Source: Candidatus Hodarchaeota archaeon
GTDB taxonomy: Archaea; Asgardarchaeota; Lokiarchaeia; Sigyniarchaeales; SOKP01
Reading direction: 5' to 3'
Length of the DNA: 12,772 nt
Assembly (NCBI GenBank): GCA_048886685.1
Contig: JBHLKM010000036.1
Coordinates: 1 to 12,772, forward strand
Shown: positions 1 through 7,413 of the stretch, one piece after another
Layout of the letters: the number at the start of each line of letters is the position of its first letter
Position numbering within the stretch: position 1 is the first letter of the stretch
Position numbers and translations under genes: made by a program
The notes under the pieces: model-generated
The model's input: the letters and a program-made list of their open reading frames with translations, nothing else
The model's database searches: none
Told to the model about the DNA's origin: nothing

Positions 1-131
1 TTTCGATAAAATTATAAAGGACTGCTGAATAATTAATTTTTCTTATTTTAATTAAACAATATATTATCTCAATATAATTTTTTGCAATTAATAAGAAAAG
101 GTCAAGATATAATCTTAAAAACTGAAACTTT

Positions 132-755
132 TTAGAGAACTACTTGTTTGGCTAGAAGTTCTCTCATTTTAGAAGTGATCAAATCAAACTCTTGAATTGT
201 CTTTAAATTGGAAATCTTAATACATTCTATTAATTTAGAGTCCTTAAAGTAATCATAGCTCAAATCTAAATCGGGATTATTTTCTTTGATTTTCAAGAGT
301 GCTCCTCTTAAAAAAATGCCTATGAAATCTTCAGAAGTTTCTCTTATTGATCTATCCATAGGGTTACTAAATTTAATCTCAACCTTATTAAAATCTAAGA
401 AATTTAAAACGCATAATAAAATTGATTCTTTCTCTTCACCTTTAGAAAAAATTTTCCTTTTAATATTAGTACCTTTTACTTTTTCCTTAGGTATTTGTTC
501 TATAAAATATTCTTCCTCAGCTGGTTTTTTTTCAAGTTCATGCAGAGATTTTGAGTAAATTTTATCTGCACTCTGAAAAGTTTTATTAGATATAAGCGAA
601 TTAAGGTAATTTAAGACTTCCCTTAATTCAGAAATCTCTATTCGCAATTCTTCCAGTTGTTCCTTCTTTTTATAATAGAGATTTTGAATTTTACTTAAGA
701 TCTGTGATAATTTTTCAATCTCTGTTTCATTATCTCCAAGATCCATTGATTTCAT
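132..755 (-). CDS. Hypothetical protein, N-terminal coiled coil plus C-terminal alpha/beta region (207 aa)
   Basis: Long ATG-TAA ORF. Heptad-like Leu/Ile pattern over residues ~12-55 (LSQILSKIQNLY...LEELRIEISELREVLNYLNSLI). No family motif recognised. Confidence 0.8.
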   Translation of the reverse strand: MKSMDLGDNETEIEKLSQILSKIQNLYYKKKEQLEELRIEISELREVLNYLNSLISNKTFQSADKIYSKSLHELEKKPAEEEYFIEQIPKEKVKGTNIKRKIFSKGEEKESILLCVLNFLDFNKVEIKFSNPMDRSIRETSEDFIGIFLRGALLKIKENNPDLDLSYDYFKDSKLIECIKISNLKTIQEFDLITSKMRELLAKQVVL

Positions 756-835
756 ATATGTTTTATAAGAAATTAAATTTATTTAAAAATTAATGCTATT
801 ATTAAATTAAGTAATTTTCTTGAGATGAGATTAAA

Positions 836-1708
836 ATGCAATCCATGATAATAACTCCCAATCCTTCGGATCCCGAAGTTCGATTATTGTGTAATGAATT
901 TGAGAAAAAAGGTTATAATGTTGAATTTTTTATCCCCTCAACTATGAAAGTAATGGTTTCATTTAAGGATAAGTTTAAAGAAAAATTTGAAAATCTTGAA
1001 CCGAGAGCAGCTTTAGTGAGAGGTTTTGGCGCGGCTGCTACTCAAAAGATTTTCTTCAGGCTTGATATCTTAAGAGCAATAGAAGAATATGATGTTAAAT
1101 TAATAAATTCAAGAGAATCTTTAGAAATCGCAAGTGATAAATTCTTAACTTCCATATTTCTCGAGAAACATAAAATTCCAACACCTAAAACGATCATATG
1201 TGAAGACCCGAATAAAGCTTTAGAAGCTTTTGAAGAATTAGGAGGAGATTGTGTCTCTAAACCACTTTTTGGATCAAAAGGAATTGGAGTAACCCGTTTG
1301 AATGACAGAGGGTTCGCTGAAAACGTTTTATATTCTTTAGGTAGGCTGAATGAAGTATTCTATTTACAAGAATTTATCGAACATAATCAAAGAGATATTA
1401 GAATACTAGTTTTGGGTGATAAAGTTGTCGCTGGTATGTATCGAGTGGGTGAAAGCTGGAAAACAAATATATATGCAGGAGCAAAAGCAATGCCTTTAGA
1501 GATTTCAGATGAATTAGAAAACCTAGCAATTAAAGCAGCTCAAGTGACCAAAACTGAAATTGCTGGGGTAGATCTAATTGAAGGAAGAGAAGGTTTTCTC
1601 GTATTGGAAGTAAATTCAATTCCAGGATTTACTGCATTACAAAATGTAACGGACATAAATATTGCTGAGGAAATTATTCATTATTTCCTAAAAAAATTCA
1701 TAAATTAA
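836..1708 (+). CDS. RimK-family ATP-grasp alpha-L-glutamate ligase (RimK/MptN/CofF/LysX-like)
   Basis: Family motifs SDKF, IPTPKT, KPLFGSKGIGV, YLQEFI, RDIRILVLG, WKTN, AGVDL and LEVNSIPGF. Length of 290 aa is typical. The substrate cannot be assigned from motifs alone. Confidence 0.93.
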   Translation: MQSMIITPNPSDPEVRLLCNEFEKKGYNVEFFIPSTMKVMVSFKDKFKEKFENLEPRAALVRGFGAAATQKIFFRLDILRAIEEYDVKLINSRESLEIASDKFLTSIFLEKHKIPTPKTIICEDPNKALEAFEELGGDCVSKPLFGSKGIGVTRLNDRGFAENVLYSLGRLNEVFYLQEFIEHNQRDIRILVLGDKVVAGMYRVGESWKTNIYAGAKAMPLEISDELENLAIKAAQVTKTEIAGVDLIEGREGFLVLEVNSIPGFTALQNVTDINIAEEIIHYFLKKFIN

Positions 1709-1758
1709 TTAAAAAAATAGAAAATAAATTAAATTTTATACAGTCTATATATCTTTTT

Positions 1759-2091
1759 CTACAATACTTCAATTAATCCTATTAATGCAGCTACGATTAA
1801 CAATACACAAGCTAATATCCCGCCAGCAAAAATAATAAGTAGTACCCCTAATACAAAAAGGAATAACCAATGAAAGGGAAACGGGTCATTAGGTTTAATT
1901 GCTGTATAAATTGTGATAATTGAAATAAAAATACCAATTATTGCATAAACGATTGAATAATACCCAACATAACGCCCGAGAGGCCATGAAAATTCAAATA
2001 TTGCAAATAATTGACTTGCTAAAGCTACTAAACCTCCGATGATCGTTAAAAATTTCATAATACCTTCGTTTTTATAATGCCTTTTAGCCAT
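1759..2091 (-). CDS. Small integral membrane protein (about 4 TM helices), function unknown
   Basis: 110-aa ORF with a basic N-terminus and hydrophobic stretches. GAGATGA purine motif shortly upstream of the ATG. Confidence 0.8.
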   Translation of the reverse strand: MAKRHYKNEGIMKFLTIIGGLVALASQLFAIFEFSWPLGRYVGYYSIVYAIIGIFISIITIYTAIKPNDPFPFHWLFLFVLGVLLIIFAGGILACVLLIVAALIGLIEVL

Positions 2092-2104
2092 TTTATATCA
2101 TCTC

Positions 2105-2145
2105 AATTATAAAATATAGTAATTATAAAGATTTTAAATTATAAA
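2105..2145. repeat. Three copies of AATTATAAA at exact 16-bp period (TTTATAATT on the minus strand, TATA-box like)
   Basis: Copies at 2105-2113, 2121-2129 and 2137-2145, upstream of the 1759-2091 gene. Confidence 0.55.
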
Positions 2146-2391
2146 AGCGTTTACATTACTTTTTAGAAACTTTAAAAGAGATGATTAAGCTAAATTATAA
2201 GAGTAAATAGCCAAGACAATTAATTAATCTACATTTTTTTTCCAATAGATATAACTTTCTGATTAGAAGCCAATGATTAAAAAAAATTAAGAGTAGCGCA
2301 TTAAAATCAAAAAAAAAATCTTTGTTGTAGGATCAATTATAATACGACGATATTTTTGTGTTTTAAATATGTTTTTTTTTGTAAAATCCAT

Positions 2392-2562
2392 GTGATTGAG
2401 GAAAAAATAAATCGATACAAGCATGAAATTAATCTTGCAAAGAAATTGTCTAGTATGAAACATGCTGATAGAGATTTTTATGAGAATTTAATAATCAAAT
2501 TTGAAAAAATCCTCAGGTTTTATGAAGATTTAAATCTTTGGAGAAAAATTTCGGAAAGTTAA
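2392..2562 (+). CDS. Small helical hypothetical protein (~56 aa)
   Basis: The ORF fills the gap and converges on Maf. The sequence is amphipathic and charged (IEEKINRYKHEINLAKKL...FYENLIIKFEKILRFYEDL). GTG 2392 is preferred over TTG 2356 because the extra 12 codons cross a poly-T tract. Confidence 0.55.
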   Translation: MIEEKINRYKHEINLAKKLSSMKHADRDFYENLIIKFEKILRFYEDLNLWRKISES

Positions 2563-2573
2563 GAACCTTAATC

Positions 2574-3188
2574 TTAAACGAGAAACAGATTCATTCCAAA
2601 TTCATTTTTTAGGATTTCAAATAATTTATGCATGGGGAATCCAGTTACATTAGACGATGACCCATCTATTTTGCTAATGAATAAACTTGCTTTGTCGTTT
2701 ATTGAGTATGCTCCAGCACGTCCTTTCCATTCGTCAGTTTTAACATAACCACGTATTTCTTCATCTGAAAGGTTAAGAAATTCGACCGATGTGCTATCAT
2801 AATCTATAACGATTTTTGGTTTGTTAGTTTCCGTAATTGCTAATCCTGTAATGAGATTATGAGACCTACCAATTAATTTTTTTAAAGTAATAAATGCTTC
2901 CTCTTTATTTTGAGCCTTTCCTATAATTTTACCATTCAATTCTACAATAGTATCTGCTGCGATAATTATCGCTTGCGAATTTTTCTTTAACAACTCTTCT
3001 TTAGCATATAGTGCTTTTGCTTTTGCTAATTCTTTTACTAATGAAATAGGATTAGAAAATTTCTTCTTAAGTTCTCTTTCATCAATGTTAGAAACTAATA
3101 CTTCAAAATTAATGCCAGAATGTTTGAAGATATCTCTACGATCTACGGATTTTGAAGCTAATACAATTTTTTTCAATACAATAGCCAA
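2574..3188 (-). CDS. maf: Maf-family nucleoside triphosphate pyrophosphatase
   Basis: IVLASKS..RR, IDE, LAKAKA, IIAADTIV, IIGK, AGAY and NVTGFP motifs. The S-R-E-K-D-K signature is present. An alternative start is TTG 3176 (MKKIVLAS). Confidence 0.95.
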   Translation of the reverse strand: MAIVLKKIVLASKSVDRRDIFKHSGINFEVLVSNIDERELKKKFSNPISLVKELAKAKALYAKEELLKKNSQAIIIAADTIVELNGKIIGKAQNKEEAFITLKKLIGRSHNLITGLAITETNKPKIVIDYDSTSVEFLNLSDEEIRGYVKTDEWKGRAGAYSINDKASLFISKIDGSSSNVTGFPMHKLFEILKNEFGMNLFLV

Positions 3189-3354
3189 TAGATTGGAATT
3201 TTAGGATTATCTAGCTATAAGAAGAATTTTAATGTAAATTTTATCTGTTGGTTTTCTTTGAATTTGATAACTCTGGATGAGTAAAAAAATAAATACAATT
3301 AAATAGCTATTAAATACAAATATAGAATAAAAATTAAAAATATCAAGTTCCAAT

Positions 3355-4458
3355 ATGGAATACTTCAATATATGGTTTATTATTCTTGTTTTTTTTTATT
3401 TATTTATTCTTTTTAATTTCATGTATTTTTCGCACAAACCAGATTTTATAAATAACATAACTGGTTTTGGGACTCTATTCTTTGTTTATGCTCATATTCT
3501 TTTATTTATTGTATTAATGAATCAAGATAGTTCATTGCGATCAGGCATAATACCATTGTGGTTATTAACTCTCAGTATCCCCGTACTATTAATTGTCATA
3601 TTAATTTTACTTTCTTCGTTATTGAAATATGGATATAAAAGGATTACGAAAAGGGATCGACCTTCTATCGGAAAAAAATTAGAAGAAAAAAAGAAAGTCT
3701 GGAGCAAAGCTAAAAAAGATTCACTCAGAAAATTAAATCATGTCTTAATTTTTATTGGTCTTGTAGTAGTTTGGTATGTTGGTTTATTTATTATTATAGA
3801 TTATACAGATTCCTCAACAGGAATGATTCCTGAAGAAAATAACACATTTTTACTATATTTAAAGTTAATTGATGACCCAAATTCAATTACTGAAGTTCTA
3901 TACTCATTAGGGTGGTTCTACTATCTTTTATTTTTCTTTTTTTATGTTTTTAGTTTATTCATGCTCGCAAATGAATTTGCTCGAAAAACAAAAGGAATTT
4001 CGTTTCCTTTTACATTTTTTACTAGAATATATCTTGATGATAAAGAGCAACAAAACTATGGTACATATTTATATTTTGCAATTGGACAGATGTTTGCTGC
4101 TTTTGTCTGTCCTCCGATGGTTTTTTTTACGATCTTAGGGATTAGTTCAATTAGTGATTTGATGACAAGTCAAATTGGTATAAGATTTGGAAAAACACAT
4201 ATTACTTGGAATAGAAATAAAACATGGGAAGGAACAATAGCAGGGACATTAATCACTTTACTTATATGTTATTTATTCATGGGTATTTTCTGGTCATTAA
4301 TTTTTACCTTAGCTTTTTTAACTTTCGATATTTTTACAAATAAACCGATTAATCTATCAGATAATTTACTAATACCAATTGGTTGCAGTCTTATCTATTT
4401 ATTTATACGGTTTTTCTTTAATTTAGATTATTATACAGTTATATTATCTTGGATTTAA
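3355..4458 (+). CDS. CTP-dependent polyprenol/dolichol/diacylglycerol kinase family membrane protein (SEC59/DGK1/VTE5-like), paralog 1
   Basis: Polytopic membrane protein with RKLNH, SDLMTSQIGIRFG, NKTWEGTIAG and SDNLLIP, which are the family's RKxxH, D...G..G, K(S/T)xEG and DN motifs. Confidence 0.85.
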   Translation: MEYFNIWFIILVFFYLFILFNFMYFSHKPDFINNITGFGTLFFVYAHILLFIVLMNQDSSLRSGIIPLWLLTLSIPVLLIVILILLSSLLKYGYKRITKRDRPSIGKKLEEKKKVWSKAKKDSLRKLNHVLIFIGLVVVWYVGLFIIIDYTDSSTGMIPEENNTFLLYLKLIDDPNSITEVLYSLGWFYYLLFFFFYVFSLFMLANEFARKTKGISFPFTFFTRIYLDDKEQQNYGTYLYFAIGQMFAAFVCPPMVFFTILGISSISDLMTSQIGIRFGKTHITWNRNKTWEGTIAGTLITLLICYLFMGIFWSLIFTLAFLTFDIFTNKPINLSDNLLIPIGCSLIYLFIRFFFNLDYYTVILSWI

Positions 4459-4506
4459 AAGGATCTGTAAAAATTTTTAAATTATTCAACGTTAACAGTT
4501 AACAAC

Positions 4507-5538
4507 ATGTATTTCTTAGCTAGTAGCATAATTTTGATTGGATATTCAATTTTGACATTAACTTATACTATTAAAAATAGAAAAATAAAGATAGAAAACA
4601 ATCTTTTCACAAATGAGATTTTAATTGCTTTATTATTTTTATTAGCAGGGGTTCTTTTTCCCTTTATATATCAGTTTCATTCTCCCAATTTAAGCCAAAA
4701 TTCATTAAATTTTTTATGGCTTTCTACCTCAACTTTTTTTGTAATAGAAATGGGAGTATGGGTAATAATGTTGCTTTATAATGGTAGAGTTGCAAAAGGA
4801 AATCCTGAAATTATGGCAGAAAGAGATTACAATAAGTACTGCGAAGAAATAAACAAGAATTTTGTGGATGATCTGAAGTCCGAGGTGACTAGAAAATTTC
4901 TTCATATTTTTACCTGTTTTGTGATTTTCTTTTTCTGGTCATTAGGGCTTATCCTTGATGATATTGGAGTTTTATCTAAATGGCGTTTAGATAACTATAG
5001 TTTCTCATATTGGTTAATAATTACTATTGGTTTTGGATTTGTTATAATGTTTCAAATTGGAGATCTAACTCGATTAAATAAATTCTATATGCTTCCAAAA
5101 TGGTCAAAAAGGTGGTATTTAGGGATGCGACAAGAAGAGCAATGTACCTTTATCGCTTCCACACCATTAGTATTGTCTTTTACTCCGTTTCTATTTGTTC
5201 CTTTTCCTATTTTTGGAACGGTGGCTTTAATAACAACTGGAGCCGATGCAACTGCTTGTATTATTGGAAAAAAATATGGAAAGCATAGTCTTAGAAAAAA
5301 TTCAAATAAGACAATTGAAGGATTTATTGCTGGTGGTGTATCAACTTTTTTAATTGTTGTTATTATTCTGAATCTATATCATCCATGGATGCCTATAAGC
5401 ATCTCAAAAATATTTTTAATGGCTTCAATTGCTACTATTTTGTTCTTGTTAGTTGATAGATTCACTAGGAATATCTCAGACAACATTTTAAATCCTATGC
5501 TAACAGGTTTTGGCATCTGGATAATTTTTATTCTTTAG
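4507..5538 (+). CDS. CTP-dependent polyprenol/dolichol/diacylglycerol kinase family membrane protein, paralog 2
   Basis: EVTRKFLH, ADATACIIGKKYG, NKTIEGFIAG and SDNILNP motifs, with many TM segments. Confidence 0.87.
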   Translation: MYFLASSIILIGYSILTLTYTIKNRKIKIENNLFTNEILIALLFLLAGVLFPFIYQFHSPNLSQNSLNFLWLSTSTFFVIEMGVWVIMLLYNGRVAKGNPEIMAERDYNKYCEEINKNFVDDLKSEVTRKFLHIFTCFVIFFFWSLGLILDDIGVLSKWRLDNYSFSYWLIITIGFGFVIMFQIGDLTRLNKFYMLPKWSKRWYLGMRQEEQCTFIASTPLVLSFTPFLFVPFPIFGTVALITTGADATACIIGKKYGKHSLRKNSNKTIEGFIAGGVSTFLIVVIILNLYHPWMPISISKIFLMASIATILFLLVDRFTRNISDNILNPMLTGFGIWIIFIL

Positions 5539-5549
5539 AATATAGAAGG

Positions 5550-5840
5550 TTATCCACCAAAATAAATATAGATAAAGACTATTTGATCTCCATCCTTTAA
5601 TCTTGTTTCTAAGAACTTATCATGCTGATAACTTCTTCCATTTATAATAATGGATAAAAATTTGCTAAAGACACCTTTAGTTCCTTTTTCCCACACTAAA
5701 TCTGTAAATTTTTCTCCATATTTCTGCCCAAAAAACTCAATTAAATCAGCTAGAGAAAGTTCTTTTTCAAATTCAAAAATTTCGTTTAAATTTCGTGTAA
5801 CTTCATTAAACGGTGGAGAAAATTCAAGATGCAATTTCAT
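5550..5840 (-). CDS. MoaD/ThiS/SAMP-family ubiquitin-like beta-grasp protein with C-terminal diglycine
   Basis: 96 aa. Contains IIINGR and TRLKDGDQI and ends FGG-stop. Confidence 0.9.
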   Translation of the reverse strand: MKLHLEFSPPFNEVTRNLNEIFEFEKELSLADLIEFFGQKYGEKFTDLVWEKGTKGVFSKFLSIIINGRSYQHDKFLETRLKDGDQIVFIYIYFGG

Positions 5841-5917
5841 ATTTCAATTAAACCTAATAGTTTAATTATCTTAAGAATCTAAAATAAAGATTTTATTAAA
5901 AATTTGATGTTAATAAT

Positions 5918-5932
5918 AAATAAAAAAAAGGA
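5918..5932 (-). terminator. Probable archaeal oligo-T terminator of the 58-aa microprotein gene
   Basis: Minus strand reads CCTTTTTTTTATTT (T8 at 5929-5922), about 25 nt after the stop at 5953. Confidence 0.4.
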
Positions 5933-5952
5933 AATTAATTTAATTTATAATT

Positions 5953-6129
5953 TTAATCATCGTCCTCGGTAGCTTCTTCTATTGCTTTTTTAATACCTTT
6001 TTTTACGCTACCTTTTTTGATTGCTTTCTTAACACCTTTACCTGCTGCTTCTGATCCAGTTACGTTTTCTACTATCCCACCAGCAGCTTTAGCAAGTCCC
6101 TTCTTAAGTTTCTTACCTAGTCCACCCAT
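5953..6129 (-). CDS. 58-aa Lys/Gly/Ala-rich amphipathic microprotein with acidic C-terminal tail
   Basis: GC content is visibly above the flanking intergenic DNA. ATG 6129 is preceded by a GAGAGTGA RBS-like motif, so the GTG 6138 call is probably part of the RBS. A T-tract follows the stop. Confidence 0.8.
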   Translation of the reverse strand: MGGLGKKLKKGLAKAAGGIVENVTGSEAAGKGVKKAIKKGSVKKGIKKAIEEATEDDD

Positions 6130-6400
6130 AAAAATCACTCTCTTCTGTTATCTTTTTTAATAATTAAATTGTAGTAAATTATTCCAGTATTCTTATATTA
6201 ACATAATGTAAATTTGGGTATTATAAATGTTATGGGAGTCTATGAGTAAATATCACCTAAAACAATCTGATTTAGAAGAATTAAAAATTTTTTATACTCA
6301 ATAGAATTTTATTAAATTTTTAACAAATAGATTCTAATAATGTTATTCGTAAATATCCATATCAGTTTTATCAATTAAAATTTTATCAAATTGTTTGAAA

Positions 6401-7402
6401 ATGGCAAAAGTTATTTTTATTTCAAAAAGTGATGTTCGAGATGCTTGGTTATCTGCTATCGGTCAAGTATTATACCGCGGTGATGACATAAAGACAGAAT
6501 ATGATAAACCAGAAGATTTACCTTCTAAAGATGCTACGGTATTAATCGAAATTAAGGAACCATTAAGTAATCCGATAATGCGTAAAGACAAAGTGATGAA
6601 AATAAAATCTAAATTCGGAAATTCATATGAAGTTTTTGGTTGTATGGCAGACACTTATTTAATTGGCTCTATTCAGAGCGGTTATATCGAAGAAATAATG
6701 GAGGGGATTAATGATCATTTATTATATGAATCTGGTGTAAGTTTTCCATATTCTTATCATGATAGAATATTTAACTATACTCCTTATTCTCTTGAGGATT
6801 CTATTCATATGAATTATAATTTAGAACTTGTAAATAATGAATTCGTGAAAAATCATAAAAAGTTGATACAAGCTGAGAAAATAAAAAGTACTCCTGAATC
6901 TAACATCTGGAAATTAAGTAATGGGATTGAATTTGATTTAGATAAAACAATTTCAGAGCAAATCACAATTGAAAATATTCCTATAGCTACTTTAAATTTC
7001 CCAAGAATTAATCAAATGGAATATATTGTTCAGAAATTAAAGGAATCGCCGTATTCCCGCAGGGCACAAGCTATTACTTGGCGCCCACTGGTGGATCCTT
7101 ATCATGTTGATCCTCCTTGTCTTCAAAGAATTTTTATGCGAATAAAAGATGGAAAATTGATTATGCAAACAACTTGGAGGAGTCGAGATCTGTTTCGAGC
7201 ATGGGAAGCGAATGTAAACGGTATGATAAGGATCCAAAAAAACATTGCAGATAAATTGGGGGTTCAAATGGGACATTACTTAGATTTTAGCAATTCACTT
7301 CATATTTATGGCAGTACAATATCTGAGGTTAAAGATATGTTAAATCGAATGAAAATTAAAGGGGAACCGTTTCCTGAAGAAATTTCTGATTTAATAGAGT
7401 AG
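6401..7402 (+). CDS. thyA: Thymidylate synthase, archaeal ThyA type, with a large internal insertion
   Basis: YSYHDRI, NQMEYIVQKLKESPYSRRA, catalytic PPCLQ, RSRD..AWEAN (Asn aligns with the dUMP-specificity Asn177 of E. coli ThyA) and SLHIY. ATG 6401 is preferred over TTG 6395. Confidence 0.88.
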   Translation: MAKVIFISKSDVRDAWLSAIGQVLYRGDDIKTEYDKPEDLPSKDATVLIEIKEPLSNPIMRKDKVMKIKSKFGNSYEVFGCMADTYLIGSIQSGYIEEIMEGINDHLLYESGVSFPYSYHDRIFNYTPYSLEDSIHMNYNLELVNNEFVKNHKKLIQAEKIKSTPESNIWKLSNGIEFDLDKTISEQITIENIPIATLNFPRINQMEYIVQKLKESPYSRRAQAITWRPLVDPYHVDPPCLQRIFMRIKDGKLIMQTTWRSRDLFRAWEANVNGMIRIQKNIADKLGVQMGHYLDFSNSLHIYGSTISEVKDMLNRMKIKGEPFPEEISDLIE

Positions 7403-7413
7403 AACCTTCCTTT

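Noticed and set aside
286-558. 90-aa plus-strand ORF
   Set aside because: Antisense shadow entirely within the 207-aa gene, with no motif.
2146-2391. Possible ncRNA or tRNA in the long intergenic regions (also 6140-6400)
   Set aside because: No GC-rich stems, cloverleaf or convincing C/D box pair visible. A covariance-model search would be needed to exclude it fully.
3522-5288. Short ORFs 3522-3707 (-), 3944-4138 (+) and 5100-5288 (+)
   Set aside because: Nested in the kinase genes in other frames or on the other strand, with no protein-like features.
5650-5865. 71-aa plus-strand ORF
   Set aside because: Antisense to the well-supported ubiquitin-like gene.
6281-6323. 10-bp inverted repeat TTAAAAATTT...AAATTTTTAA upstream of thyA
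   Set aside because: Composed only of A/T in a very AT-rich spacer, so expected by chance.
6779-7006. Intein or intron explanation for the ThyA insert
   Set aside because: No splice-junction residues (Cys/Ser start, His-Asn end), too short for a typical mini-intein, and the frame is uninterrupted.
6463-7276. Minus-strand ORFs 6463-6654 and 7037-7276
   Set aside because: Antisense shadows of thyA.
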